Positions 1-12,171 of a DNA stretch of 33,955 nucleotides are shown in pieces (the stretch's first letter is position 1; the number at the start of each line of letters is the position of its first letter). Source of the DNA: a virus (Duplodnaviria; Heunggongvirae; Uroviricota; Caudoviricetes); the IMG/VR virus record IMGVR_UViG_2778261417_000008, positions 1 to 33,955 of that record; one strand, written 5' to 3'. The position numbers and the translations under genes were made by a program. Below the pieces are notes generated by a model. That model was not told where the DNA came from and searched no databases. It worked only from the letters and a program-made list of their open reading frames with translations.

Positions 1-342
1 TATGCGCGAGGTTACCGACTGCGGCCTGAGTTTTTTAAGTGACGTAAAATCGTGTTGAGGCCAACGCCCATAATGCGTGCAGTTGCCCGGCATCCAACGC
101 CATTCATGGCCATATCAATGATTTTCTGGTGCGTACCGGGCTGAGAGGCGGTGTAAGTGAACTGTAGTTGCCATGTTTTACGGCAGTGAGAGCAGAGATA
201 GCGCTGATGTCCGGCAGTGCTTTTGCCGTTACGCACCACGCCTTCAGTAGCGGAGCAGGAAGGACATCTGATGGAAATGGAAGCCACGCAAGCACCTTAA
301 AATCACCATCATACACTAAATCAGTAAGTTGGCAGCATTACC
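1..342 (-). mobile_element. IS1, partial (runs off the left edge of the window); terminal inverted repeat ends at about 342
   Basis: InsA ORF at 12-287 plus an IS1-type terminus (ggtaatgctgccaacttactgatttagtgtatgatggtg on the minus strand, 304-342). Recognised from memory of IS1. Confidence 0.9.
12..287 (-). CDS. insA: IS1 InsA transposition protein
   Basis: 91-aa translation matches IS1 InsA almost residue for residue (…[41 protein letters not shown]…). Confidence 0.95.
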   Translation of the reverse strand: MASISIRCPSCSATEGVVRNGKSTAGHQRYLCSHCRKTWQLQFTYTASQPGTHQKIIDMAMNGVGCRATARIMGVGLNTILRHLKNSGRSR

Positions 343-1707
343 CGGAGTCTGGATATAGTCTTCGGCTGGCTGGAAGAAATCCTTCGGCAACTGTTTGAAG
401 AAAGATGCTGCATCAGCACCAGCAAACATCCCCATCGCACCAGAAGATTTAACGCGCTCAATAATGTCGCGATATACAGTCTGGAATTTGCCACGAATGA
501 TGGTTGCCCATACATCAAAGGACTGGTTAACCGGCAGAGCGATGTCAAAGGTGTCGGTCGCAAGAGTACGCCAGATCATGATGCGAAGACGCAGCATATC
601 CTGTTCATGAGACAGGTATTCCTTCAGGGTGCGGAACTGTAGGGAACCCAGGTCCAGACCAAATTCACGCTGTGCTTCATACGCCGCCTGTACCGTGTGC
701 TCAGCCGCGATAACGAACTGGCTTGGGAACAGGGTGTATTTCTTCATTTCGTGGTTGATCAGCGGGATCAGCTCAGGAGCGGCTTCAATATTGATTTCCG
801 TCTCAATTGCGATCTCAGTGCCTTTATCCGGCGCTTTGGAGAACGACAGGGCAATCTGACCAATGTTGTAGTTCAGAGAGCAGGTAACAGTGATTTGCTC
901 ACCAGCAGCATTAGTAAACGAGTGAAGTAGGCTGCCGGAACCGTTATCAACAACAGACTTAATACGGTTAACGTAGATGTTAGTGCGACCTTTTCGGATT
1001 GGTACATTCTGGCCTTCGAAGTCTTCCATCTTGAAGGTTGCGGTTTTGCTAGTGCCATCGGAGCTTGCCACCAGCACATAGCGGCGACGTAACTGGCTGT
1101 ACACACCGACGGATTGCATGTCCAGAACATCACCAGCAGCATAAGAACCAAAAGAGGAACCTGCCACGTTAAAGACTTCATAGATGTCGGACTGGTCACG
1201 CGTAACCGGAATGAAGGTACACGCATCAGCGGTAGCTGCCCCCAACTGAACAGGCAGGATCATCGCGAGGAATAAAGGCAGACGCATAACACCGTCAGAA
1301 ACGCTCATCATCTCTGCTGCGACGGATTCCAGCATCGCTTTATTAGTGGCATCCATGCTATTGCGGGTAGACTCAATCAGGCAGTTTTCCAGCGTCTGGT
1401 GGCAGGAGGCCAGAATTTCCGGACGCGGCATAGATTTATGTGCTGCGGCGTAGTCAGCCAGTGCACTTGCCCACGCTGTAGCGATTTGAGCGGTGGCATT
1501 ATCAGAGATACCCGCAAAAATTGGGTCCTTACGTGCAGCTTCAAGGATAGATGCGGCACGCGCGGCATCATCTTTAATGAATTGGTTATCAGTACCGAAC
1601 TGCGCAGTGCTTGCCCAGCCAAGCACTGCTTTAGAGCGTTTTGCGATATCTGCAATACGATTCTGGTATTCGCGTAAGTTACTCAAGTTACTCTTCCTTA
1701 AACACAA
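316..1707 (-). CDS. Hypothetical phage protein, 3' end truncated by the IS1 insertion (last ~8 codons and the stop are read from IS1 sequence); candidate P1 gene-23-like head protein by position only
   Basis: Long ORF whose reading frame crosses the IS1 terminus at 342. Position next to parS only loosely suggests a virion gene. There is no in-frame ATG near the 5' end; a likely start is TTG at about 1686 preceded by AGGAAG. Confidence 0.45.
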   Translation of the reverse strand: MCLRKSNLSNLREYQNRIADIAKRSKAVLGWASTAQFGTDNQFIKDDAARAASILEAARKDPIFAGISDNATAQIATAWASALADYAAAHKSMPRPEILASCHQTLENCLIESTRNSMDATNKAMLESVAAEMMSVSDGVMRLPLFLAMILPVQLGAATADACTFIPVTRDQSDIYEVFNVAGSSFGSYAAGDVLDMQSVGVYSQLRRRYVLVASSDGTSKTATFKMEDFEGQNVPIRKGRTNIYVNRIKSVVDNGSGSLLHSFTNAAGEQITVTCSLNYNIGQIALSFSKAPDKGTEIAIETEINIEAAPELIPLINHEMKKYTLFPSQFVIAAEHTVQAAYEAQREFGLDLGSLQFRTLKEYLSHEQDMLRLRIMIWRTLATDTFDIALPVNQSFDVWATIIRGKFQTVYRDIIERVKSSGAMGMFAGADAASFFKQLPKDFFQPAEDYIQTPGNAANLLI

Positions 1708-1821
1708 GGCACTTGTGTGAATCCCTTTTCGGAAGAGATTTTATTGAAAGTCACTTGTTGACTTTCTCGTGACAAGCAATTTTTTTATTTTTTTCGGGAG
1801 TAGGGGAGGAAGGTAAAATCC

Positions 1822-1910
1822 AAGGTGAAATCGTGGCGATTTCACCTTGAAATTTTAGAGTGATTTACTTTAAAAACAGTAGGTTAATAGTGAAATTTGA
1901 ATGGCGAAAG
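1822..1910 (-). promoter_or_regulatory. parS: parS partition site (centromere): heptamer box A and hexamer box B motifs on two arms around an A/T-rich, IHF-like core
   Basis: GTGAAAT/ATTTCAC heptamers at 1826-1832, 1840-1846, 1891-1897 and TGGCGA (=TCGCCA) hexamers at 1835-1840, 1903-1908, immediately downstream of parB. Confidence 0.8.
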
Positions 1911-1911
1911 T

Positions 1912-2913
1912 TTAAGGCTTCGGCTTTTTATCGAGGCTCTTTCTAAGGATATGCCCAATCATCCTGTCGAGTTCTTCCTGTAGCTCTTTTGAAAGTCGAT
2001 TAAACTCATAAGAAAATGCACGGCCTTTCACGCGCTTCCTTGCAAAGCGATCCTTGTCCTCAAATTTCCATAATTCAGTAACTACGGACTTATCTTTAGA
2101 ACCTTTATCCGTGAGTAGTGAGGCTTCCTTTGTTATCAAGCGCAGGATTTTATTTTTAACTTCATCTTCGGCCATTTCTTCAATGGATAAGATGTCGTTT
2201 ATTTCCGGGGATATGTTTTGAATAAGCTGATCAAACTCTAAATTCTTGTTCCCCATTTCGTCGCCAACAGCACAAAGCGTTTTGTAGTCCGAAAAGGTTA
2301 ATTCCGACTGCACAGGGAAAAGGGCGACTAATTCTTCCGGAGCACTCGCTGCCTGGAGAGCACGCGTGACCTTCGCCTGAGACAGCCCTTCTTTGGCTGC
2401 AATATCCTTCTGACTCATCCCATCATTTTTCATTCGCATCAAACGCAGACCTATTTCTCGAATGCTGTGCTGCAATGCTGTCTGAACGTCTTTCGCTAAA
2501 TTTTGCGCTTCCTGAACGCTGATCTCCTGGTCCGTGACTAAAACCCGCAACCCTACGTTCTCTAAGATGGCAGAAGCTCGACGCCGGGAACCATCCAAAA
2601 TTTCAATTTTCCCTGTAGCCCGTCTAACACCTATTGCAGGGTAAAATTGCTGATGCTTAATAGTGCTTCGGATACTTTTTAATGATTTTGGCGTAAGAGA
2701 TGCCTGGTCACGCCCGTTGTTATGCTGATCAACAAAGGTATCGCTTTCTACCTGGTTTGGAGGTATTACCTCTTCAATAAATGTGGCCTGGCGACCAGTT
2801 GATAACTTGAATACCTGCTCGACTCGATCGCCAGAGGCTGAAGAACTATCAAATCCGCTTAATATTGAAGGATTAAGGGTTCGCCCAATTGTTGGTCTGT
2901 TTTTCTTTGACAT
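1912..2913 (-). CDS. parB: ParB partition protein (P1 type, 333 aa)
   Basis: Length and sequence match P1 ParB as I recall it; sits between parA and parS. Confidence 0.93.
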   Translation of the reverse strand: MSKKNRPTIGRTLNPSILSGFDSSSASGDRVEQVFKLSTGRQATFIEEVIPPNQVESDTFVDQHNNGRDQASLTPKSLKSIRSTIKHQQFYPAIGVRRATGKIEILDGSRRRASAILENVGLRVLVTDQEISVQEAQNLAKDVQTALQHSIREIGLRLMRMKNDGMSQKDIAAKEGLSQAKVTRALQAASAPEELVALFPVQSELTFSDYKTLCAVGDEMGNKNLEFDQLIQNISPEINDILSIEEMAEDEVKNKILRLITKEASLLTDKGSKDKSVVTELWKFEDKDRFARKRVKGRAFSYEFNRLSKELQEELDRMIGHILRKSLDKKPKP

Positions 2914-2929
2914 GGGGGTTTCTTACTCC

Positions 2930-4126
2930 TCAGTTAGATCTGATAAATTCAATACGGTCAAAAACTGCTTTAGCAAAATCTTCCGCGGCAATTCGCGCGT
3001 TCTTCAATGCATCAGCACTACCAACATACGTTGCCGGGTTAGCTGAAATAACAGTGTCAAAAGACTCGCCGCAGCGTTCAAAACCGTCAAGGCGAGGGAG
3101 GACGACATCAAGCATATCCCCACCGAACACTTCTTTAGCCAGGCTATGGCAATACTTATGGTCTGCCTTGTTACTCAACTTGGACATAAAACCAATGTTA
3201 GTCGCAAGCTGGCACTCGCAGCCTTCATCCGAAATGAGTTTCACCAACTCAGGAAGGCGGGCAACGTATTTAAGCGATGAGTGGAAATCAACCGTTGCAG
3301 GCGGCAGAGGTGTAAACAGTATATTGGCCGAGGCCAAAGCATTTTTCAGGAAGGCGTCAAGGTGAGGACCACTATCAACGAGGATAAAGTCATAATCGCT
3401 CTTCAGCTTATCAATCACATTTTCTTTCAGGACTGCATGGATGTTCTGACCCGGTAGATGCTCATTGCACAGCTCTCTCCAATCGGATGCAATAAAGGCA
3501 TCGTCAATCGACGCAGGCATAACGTCAACCCCAGGTACAACAGAAGGAACAATAAACTCCTCTAACAGCTCTTCACGGCTTACATTCTGCAACATAGCCT
3601 GTGCAGATGTTGCGTTTACGATACCAATAGAGTGTTTATGGCTTAAAAACATCGTTGCTGAAGATTGCGGATCAAGGTCAATAACCAGAATCCTTAAATC
3701 TTCCATCAGAAGATGAGGGTGAGCACGCATTGCATGCGCCAGAGAAACCGTCGATACAGTTTTTGACACACCGCCTTTAAGATTGGAGATGAAAATCACA
3801 TACGCTTCGCTGTAGCGATCCCGGTATTTTGGCACTCCGCGATGTTCATATATGTCAATGATGTTCTGAATTGACATCGCATATTTCATTGAAGAGCCAG
3901 CAGGGCGTTTATCGAAAACATAACCCTTTTCTTCCATTTCACTCACGGCATAGTCAACGTTCGCTCGAGTCAGTAGAGGCAATTTTGCCAGTGCCGCTTT
4001 CGCATAGACCTGGTAAAACTCGTTCGCGTGTAGCTCATCCTTTTGCAACTGTACTTGTTCAGTCAGAACATTGAGCATTCTGTTTGCTCTTTGAGCAACC
4101 TTGTGAAGCTGGCTGGAATCACTCAT
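2930..4126 (-). CDS. parA: ParA partition ATPase (P1 type, 398 aa)
   Basis: Deviant Walker A motif (NLKGGVSKT); N-terminal extension typical of type Ia ParA; length 398 aa as in P1. Confidence 0.93.
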   Translation of the reverse strand: MSDSSQLHKVAQRANRMLNVLTEQVQLQKDELHANEFYQVYAKAALAKLPLLTRANVDYAVSEMEEKGYVFDKRPAGSSMKYAMSIQNIIDIYEHRGVPKYRDRYSEAYVIFISNLKGGVSKTVSTVSLAHAMRAHPHLLMEDLRILVIDLDPQSSATMFLSHKHSIGIVNATSAQAMLQNVSREELLEEFIVPSVVPGVDVMPASIDDAFIASDWRELCNEHLPGQNIHAVLKENVIDKLKSDYDFILVDSGPHLDAFLKNALASANILFTPLPPATVDFHSSLKYVARLPELVKLISDEGCECQLATNIGFMSKLSNKADHKYCHSLAKEVFGGDMLDVVLPRLDGFERCGESFDTVISANPATYVGSADALKNARIAAEDFAKAVFDRIEFIRSN

Positions 4127-4141
4127 CGAAAGTCATCCTTT

Positions 4142-4176
4142 ATGCTGTATTTTTGAATTTAATTAAAAATGCTGCA
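4142..4176. promoter_or_regulatory. par operon operator: imperfect inverted repeat upstream of parA
   Basis: atgctgtattttt…aaaaatgctgcat palindrome directly upstream of the parA start. Confidence 0.55.
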
Positions 4177-4264
4177 TAAAATAATAATGTATGCGTAGAT
4201 GCTTGTACATAGCATTCTCTGCATGTTTGGTTCATTTTGCACGATTGAGAGTTACAAGGAGGGC

Positions 4265-4287
4265 ACAAAAAAGCCCCGTTCAGGGGC
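4265..4287 (-). terminator. Rho-independent terminator for the gene at 4295-5104
   Basis: Minus strand reads GCCCC-tgaac-GGGGC followed by TTTTTTGT. Confidence 0.7.
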
Positions 4288-4294
4288 ATCAGTG

Positions 4295-5104
4295 TTATTT
4301 GCTAAGAGCAGCGAATAATCGTTCGAAATCGATAGTATCTATAGCACGCGTAAGCGCCGGAAGTTCAGCCTCAAAGTACCCGTGTCGATCGTAAAAGAAG
4401 GGACCGAAGAGCGAGGCATGTTGGATTCTACTTCGCCCCAGCCCGGACACACAGTTAAGCCCATTACCGGCTAAAAGGCTAAAAAACTTCTCTGGATTAT
4501 CGTGGTAAAGCTGGGAATCAATGGTGGCGGTTAACTCTTCCATAGGGAAGCACACCCGCCCTGTATCCCAGGGATATTTAGTCCGAAGCATAAACATTGC
4601 TTTCAGCAATTCACATTGAGCGCGGATCGCGTCCGGTTCATAGCCAGATATGGAGACATAAGCCACGTCCCTCATTCCTGCGTCATCTTTGAAAGTCACG
4701 ATAGAAGTAACATCCAGCTCTTTTTCGAAAGAGCAAGCAGCATCTACTGGACGCTGAAGTAAATCATTCGACTTAATGCGCTCGAGAATCCCTCCCCACA
4801 TATCATTTAGATATTCGATATGAGCCAAAACCTTATCAAGACACTCTCGTGTAAACCATTCAGTATGCCCGCCACCGGCGCTTTTCTCCCACGGCGCATT
4901 CCAGGGGAAAAAGGTTGCGTGTAAAGCCCGCTCAAGATTAACCATTGCCAAACGCGTACCACGATAGACCCGTGAAAGCGCAAAATCGGGACTCACTTGT
5001 AGCCCTTTAAACCGTGCCAATGGACCACATGAAATGCCGATTTTAAAAGTATCTCCGTTCTCTGGCACCAGAACGTAGAGGTAGTGTTGTTTCTCTTCTT
5101 GCAT
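4295..5104 (-). CDS. T5orf172 / GIY-YIG-like domain protein (N-terminal about 100 aa) with an uncharacterised C-terminal domain
   Basis: N-terminus YLYVL…FKIGIS…GHTEWF resembles the T5orf172 family. Standalone gene with its own terminator, between the incA-like iterons and the par operator. Confidence 0.5.
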   Translation of the reverse strand: MQEEKQHYLYVLVPENGDTFKIGISCGPLARFKGLQVSPDFALSRVYRGTRLAMVNLERALHATFFPWNAPWEKSAGGGHTEWFTRECLDKVLAHIEYLNDMWGGILERIKSNDLLQRPVDAACSFEKELDVTSIVTFKDDAGMRDVAYVSISGYEPDAIRAQCELLKAMFMLRTKYPWDTGRVCFPMEELTATIDSQLYHDNPEKFFSLLAGNGLNCVSGLGRSRIQHASLFGPFFYDRHGYFEAELPALTRAIDTIDFERLFAALSK

Positions 5105-5134
5105 ATCAATACCACTGCTTGATGAGAACCGCGC

Positions 5135-5365
5135 AAATGTTGACTATGCGCGATGTGACTACAGTCAAAAGTTGACTGTAGTCGATTTAACTCCACCAAA
5201 GATCGACTATGTAAGATATTGTCGGGAGAAACGTTGACTATACGCGATGAAATGCCCCTAAAAGCCATCCCAATAGCGACTTGCAGAATATTGACGCCAG
5301 CAAAAATCCACCAGCGTCAACGAATGTCGCCTATAGTCAACTTCTCGCTATCGCATATAGTCAAT
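5135..5365. repeat. incA-like iteron array downstream of repA (about 7-9 copies, both orientations)
   Basis: Repeated GTTGACTAT(A/G)CGCGAT-like units at 5139-5155, 5171-5187, 5201-5217, 5233-5249 and inverted copies near 5305-5360. Confidence 0.75.
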
Positions 5366-5366
5366 A

Positions 5367-6251
5367 TTATGGATTGCGCTTATGGATCTGGAAGCCGATT
5401 TTCCTGCCGTTTTTTATCTCTGAAAATTTAAGATATTCAATAGCTTCCAAATCTTTCATGGCTTTTCTGATAACGCTATTTTGCACGCTAACGGATGATT
5501 TGAGATTAAGCCTCGCTCTAAGGCGCTCAATGCTGACAGGTGCCGGGTTGGCGGGTAGAGCCTCAAAGAATGTATACAGTACCTTGGCCGTCTCTTTGCG
5601 CCCTAGTTTATCCAGCATCTTCAGCTTCAGGATTCGCTTATAGTCAACATAGTAAAGTTCAGATAGCTGTTTCTGCGGCTGGATCTCGATAACATCAAGC
5701 TCGGTATTCAGGCTGCTATATGCCAACAAGTTGACGTTAATGTTATTGAGATGACCTTTTGCCGCCGGGAAGCGGAATTTGACAACTGTCTGCTGAATGC
5801 GTGTCAGAGAGTCATCAATACTTTTACGGAACGCCTTTGAAAGGCGCTTACGTGGATAGCCGCATCGATCGGCAAACTCGGAGAATGGCAGGGTGATTAT
5901 GCCGTCATCATCAGGTGCGTAGTCAAACAACGCGGAGGTTATGCCCACCCACACCTTAAAATCAGTATCCATATCCAGGCGTGGACCATGAATTTCAATT
6001 CCCTCATAGCCTTCCTGCTCAACAATTTTGAGGCTTGATAGTTCTTCGGTTGCGTTCGTTGTGTTTGTAGTAACTGACGATCCGCGACGTAGCGCCACAT
6101 TGGTAGATTTTAAGGTTGGCACAAACACACCTAAGCGCAACAAAGCGATGGGTTGTATAGTGCTGTTGTTATTGGGCTTCAGGCTGTGGATTTCTCCTGT
6201 ATTTCCTGCAACTTCTTCAACGCTAAGGAAGCCTTTACTTTCTTCCGGCAT
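5367..6251 (-). CDS. repA: RepA iteron-binding replication initiator (P1 RepA family, divergent)
   Basis: Shares blocks with P1 RepA (…QPIALLRLGVFVP…, …GPRLDMDTDFKVWVGI…). Likely start is the ATG at 6251 (GGAG 7 nt upstream); the ORF track extends to 6287. Confidence 0.85.
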   Translation of the reverse strand: MPEESKGFLSVEEVAGNTGEIHSLKPNNNSTIQPIALLRLGVFVPTLKSTNVALRRGSSVTTNTTNATEELSSLKIVEQEGYEGIEIHGPRLDMDTDFKVWVGITSALFDYAPDDDGIITLPFSEFADRCGYPRKRLSKAFRKSIDDSLTRIQQTVVKFRFPAAKGHLNNINVNLLAYSSLNTELDVIEIQPQKQLSELYYVDYKRILKLKMLDKLGRKETAKVLYTFFEALPANPAPVSIERLRARLNLKSSVSVQNSVIRKAMKDLEAIEYLKFSEIKNGRKIGFQIHKRNP

Positions 6252-6330
6252 CGCGGTTTCTCCATGTGTGGCGCGGCCTGACGTCAATTTGGATGGCTGT
6301 TATCAACAGCTGTGAATATTCAGACTCTAA

Positions 6331-6433
6331 AATCGCTTACAGTCAATGTTTCTGTCGCGTATAGTCAACAATAAATCGCGTGCAGTCAACAATAAATCGT
6401 GCACAGTCAACATAAAATCGCGTATAGTCAATG
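6331..6433. repeat. incC-like origin iterons: five direct repeats at about 21-bp spacing upstream of repA
   Basis: AATCGCGTATAGTCAAC-like units at 6331-6348, 6354-6371, 6374-6392, 6395-6413, 6416-6433. Confidence 0.85.
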
Positions 6434-6545
6434 TTGATCCCATTTCAGGCCAGAAATGGCGCGGCTTACAGCGATCCGGGATCTTCTTTGGATCTTCCTA
6501 GGTTCTCTTTAGGATCTGTTTATTGGATCTATGCTGTGGATAAGT
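6434..6545. promoter_or_regulatory. Origin-associated GATC cluster (six or more Dam sites) and DnaA box (TTATCCACA, minus orientation, 6533-6541)
   Basis: Dense GATC repeats (tgatccc, cgatccggg, ggatcttc x2, aggatctg, ggatctat) and a consensus DnaA box next to the iterons. Confidence 0.7.
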
Positions 6546-6585
6546 TGAATAAACCGGCCAACATAGCCGGTTGGAAGGAAGGGTA

Positions 6586-6978
6586 TTATTCTACGCTTTC
6601 GATAAGAAGACCATGTTCATAACATTTAAGCTCATCGCCTTCGTACAGGAATTGGTATCCAATACCACCATTTTCATGGACATTAGGGAATAACTCATAA
6701 CTCACTGAAGAGCAAATCACACCAATGCAGCGATCAACGCCTTCTCGTTCTTCAGTGCTGAAAAAATCCTCTTCGGTAAGAACATGAGTACATTGCTCAT
6801 CAGCATAGGTCGGAAATACATGCTCGATGCAATCCGGGTGTTTTAAACCAAGCTGATCGGCAAGCTCGAAAGCATGACGGTATTGTTCAGATCCTGGCTT
6901 GCCAACAGTGATGTGCTCAATTTTGTAGATTGAAGTCGCTTTGTTGATAGTTTGCTTTACTGTTACTTTATCAGACAT
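6586..6978 (-). CDS. Hypothetical Cys-rich protein (130 aa)
   Basis: Clean ORF adjacent to the origin; no family recognised. Confidence 0.45.
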   Translation of the reverse strand: MSDKVTVKQTINKATSIYKIEHITVGKPGSEQYRHAFELADQLGLKHPDCIEHVFPTYADEQCTHVLTEEDFFSTEEREGVDRCIGVICSSVSYELFPNVHENGGIGYQFLYEGDELKCYEHGLLIESVE

Positions 6979-7106
6979 AAAAATCCCTTTTAGTTACCGC
7001 TGATAGCGCGGTTGTAATCATTAACGTTGCGATTCTTCCTGTTAATCCCCATCAGCATCGTTTCTGAACCGCCCCGGGTTTCCTGGAGAGTGTTTTATCT
7101 GTGAAC

Positions 7107-9849
<2,743 letters not shown>

Positions 9850-10267
9850 CGTAAGTAAAATCAGCCACCCACAGCTGGTCAGGTCGTTCTGCCACGAACT
9901 GACGGTTTACGCGGTCGCCTGCGGCAACGGCTTTCCGGCTGATGGTCGTACGGACCTTTTTACCCCGGAGAACACCGGCAAGTCCCATAACCGCCATGAG
10001 ACGTGCCACAGTGCATCTGGCCACTCTGATACCTTCCCGTAACAACTGACGCCAGACTTTACGCACACCGTATACCTTGTGATTTTCATCGTATACGCGC
10101 TGTATCTCTTTCTTCAGCCAGTCATTGCGCTGCGCACGGGCACTGCGTTTATCCGGATGATGTCGCTGTTGCTGACAGTGGTAATACGTTGACGGGGCAA
10201 TATGTAGTTCACTGCATACCGGTCCGACCCCGTACAGCTTACGCAGCTTATCCAGCAGTGGCATCAC
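9850..10267 (-). CDS. IS3-family transposase OrfB, N-terminal exon (upstream of the intron)
   Basis: …QLWVADFTY is the first D of the DDE motif; the ORF-track frame then reads on into intron sequence. Confidence 0.8.
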
Positions 10268-10590
10268 TTTTTCCAGAGGCGGTCGAACTCCGCCTTCGCA
10301 AAATAAGCGGAAGCCTGGCGAAGGATATCGTTACTGCGGCGCAGTTCACGATTTTCACGTTCCAGCTCTTTCAGACGCTGACGTTCAGCGGTGGTGAGCC
10401 CTCCATCACCGCCCCCGGTATCCCGCTCATGCTGGCGAACCCAGACACGCAGAGTCTCCGGCGTACAGCCAATCTTTGGAGCAATGGAACAAATTGTCGC
10501 CCATTGTGAGTCATATTCGCTCTGACTTTCCAGAACCATACGGACTGCCCGTTGACGGACTTCGGGGGAAAAACGAGTATTTTTAGTCAT
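10264..10590 (-). CDS. IS3-family OrfA (HTH/leucine-zipper transposase subunit), IS629-like
   Basis: 108-aa translation [22 protein letters not shown]…[33 protein letters not shown] matches IS629/IS1203 OrfA from memory. Confidence 0.85.
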   Translation of the reverse strand: MTKNTRFSPEVRQRAVRMVLESQSEYDSQWATICSIAPKIGCTPETLRVWVRQHERDTGGGDGGLTTAERQRLKELERENRELRRSNDILRQASAYFAKAEFDRLWKK

Positions 10591-10644
10591 CCTGTTTACC
10601 TCTTTCTCAGGAAGTTTAGTCTCCAGGATTCCCGGGGCGGTTCA

Positions 10645-11002
10645 CTATTACCTGGCCGTCGTATTGGAAATGGCGAATCATTTCGCGGATCCAGGTGGCA
10701 GGTGGGAGTTTTAATTTTTTGCCAACAGTCATACCCTGAGACTCATCCTCAAGCCCGGCGGCGAGCGTCACAACCCAGCGTAGCTCTGCTATGCCCCACA
10801 TACGGTAAGCCAGCAAATCCGGGCGATATTGCTCATCGGGAAGAACGTAATAAATCGTCAGATTCTTGTCGTTCGATTCACACATAAGCATCACCTCTTT
10901 GCGTAGCTCTGCCCTGAGTATTGGATCGGCTATGTTGCGGTCGTCATACCGCGACAGAGGATATTGCCGGGTGCTTTGGGTTGTAGTGATTGATGTAGCC
11001 AT
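10645..11002 (-). pseudogene. Hypothetical protein, 3' end truncated by the IS629-like insertion
   Basis: ORF 10616-11002 reads through the IS terminus at 10644; its C-terminal residues are IS-encoded. Confidence 0.5.
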
Positions 11003-11074
11003 AGTCAGCCTGCCAGAAATAGATGATGGTGATTCTACTGCTAGTCATTTGTTGATTATTTAACTCAATAAAAG

Positions 11075-11094
11075 AAAATTATTAGTGCAATTTT
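11075..11094 (-). promoter_or_regulatory. C1 repressor operator-like site (ATTGCACTAATAATTTT) upstream of the 11149 operon
   Basis: Close match to the P1 C1 operator consensus ATTGCTCTAATAAATTT. Confidence 0.6.
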
Positions 11095-11148
11095 GATTGT
11101 GAAATGTATCATTCTGCCCTTAAGTAGGTTCTTCACGAGGAAACAAAA

Positions 11149-11394
11149 TTGGCAGAACGTGTTGATGATGCAGAGCTGAGCATGAATCAGTTAGAAGCTC
11201 TCAAAGACATGGCCATCGATAACATCAGAAAGCAGGCACAGGTCGTGAGCCAGGTATTTACAGGGAAGTGTCGTTACTGCAATGAATCGATTGAATCAGG
11301 CATTTATTGTGACGCTGAATGTGCGCAATGGCACAGGGAAGAGCAGGCTGCAAAACAGCGTAAATATGGCATGCGACCGGCAGGATTTGACTGA
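11149..11394 (+). CDS. Small C4 zinc-ribbon protein (81 aa); possible DksA/TraR-like or Ogr-like transcription factor
   Basis: CRYC…x9…CDAEC motif; first gene after the operator-like site. Confidence 0.45.
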   Translation: MAERVDDAELSMNQLEALKDMAIDNIRKQAQVVSQVFTGKCRYCNESIESGIYCDAECAQWHREEQAAKQRKYGMRPAGFD

Positions 11395-11396
11395 TT

Positions 11397-11975
11397 ATGT
11401 TGCGCTTTACTGAGGAAGAGTTTCAGGCTTTTAGTGAGCGTCGAAATAAGGGGCGGTCCAGGCCAAAAACCAAAAAGGATCCATTCTTATCGCTTGCGCC
11501 GGTAAAAGAAGTTTCTCCACATGCGAAGGCACTTGCAGCACTGGCAAAGAACCCCGACCTGCGCGACGGAAATTGCGAGCACTTCGAGCAGGTTTTCATT
11601 TTTGATTACTTCGAACGCAAGCACCCTGACATCTATGAGCTGTTGCATGCAACGCCTAACGGAGGGAAACGTTCAAAAGCAACCGCCGGGAAAATGAAGG
11701 CTGAAGGGCAGAAAAAAGGTTATCCGGACATGAGTCTCGATAAAGCATGCGGTATTTATCACGGCATGCGAATTGAGCTTAAAGAACCAAATGGTAAAGC
11801 CCCGACGAAAGAGCAGATCGCCTGGATGCGCAGGCTTAGAGAGGAAGGTTACTACGTCGTTCTTGCGTATGGTGCAGAACAAGCGATAACCGCCATCCTG
11901 GAATACATGAGCCTTAAAAAGGGTGAGGCTATTGAGCATGTATTGAACGGTGACAAGTGGTTGTACGCTACGTGA
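11397..11975 (+). CDS. VRR-NUC-like nuclease domain protein (192 aa)
   Basis: …GYPDMSL…IELKEPNGKAPTKEQIAWMRRL…GYYVVLAYG… resembles the VRR-NUC / PD-(D/E)XK fold; start is 2 nt after the preceding stop. Confidence 0.55.
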   Translation: MLRFTEEEFQAFSERRNKGRSRPKTKKDPFLSLAPVKEVSPHAKALAALAKNPDLRDGNCEHFEQVFIFDYFERKHPDIYELLHATPNGGKRSKATAGKMKAEGQKKGYPDMSLDKACGIYHGMRIELKEPNGKAPTKEQIAWMRRLREEGYYVVLAYGAEQAITAILEYMSLKKGEAIEHVLNGDKWLYAT

Positions 11976-12171
11976 AATAATAAATTAATTAGTGCATATG
12001 TGCTCTTTGATATAGCGCACATTAACATCGGGAGAATAATCGTGTCATCCAAGGCTAATTATGAATCGCTGGCATCGATCATGCCGCGTAATGAACAGGA
12101 AGCAGATGCTGTAGTGGACCCGGTAATCGCTGAAATGAATGCTCGCCTGGAGGCTGAATTTGCAGCTGAGA

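Noticed and set aside
5135-6433. The repeat arrays as a CRISPR array
   Set aside because: The repeats are 17-19 bp, occur in both orientations, have no unique spacers of regular length, and flank a RepA gene. They are replicon iterons.
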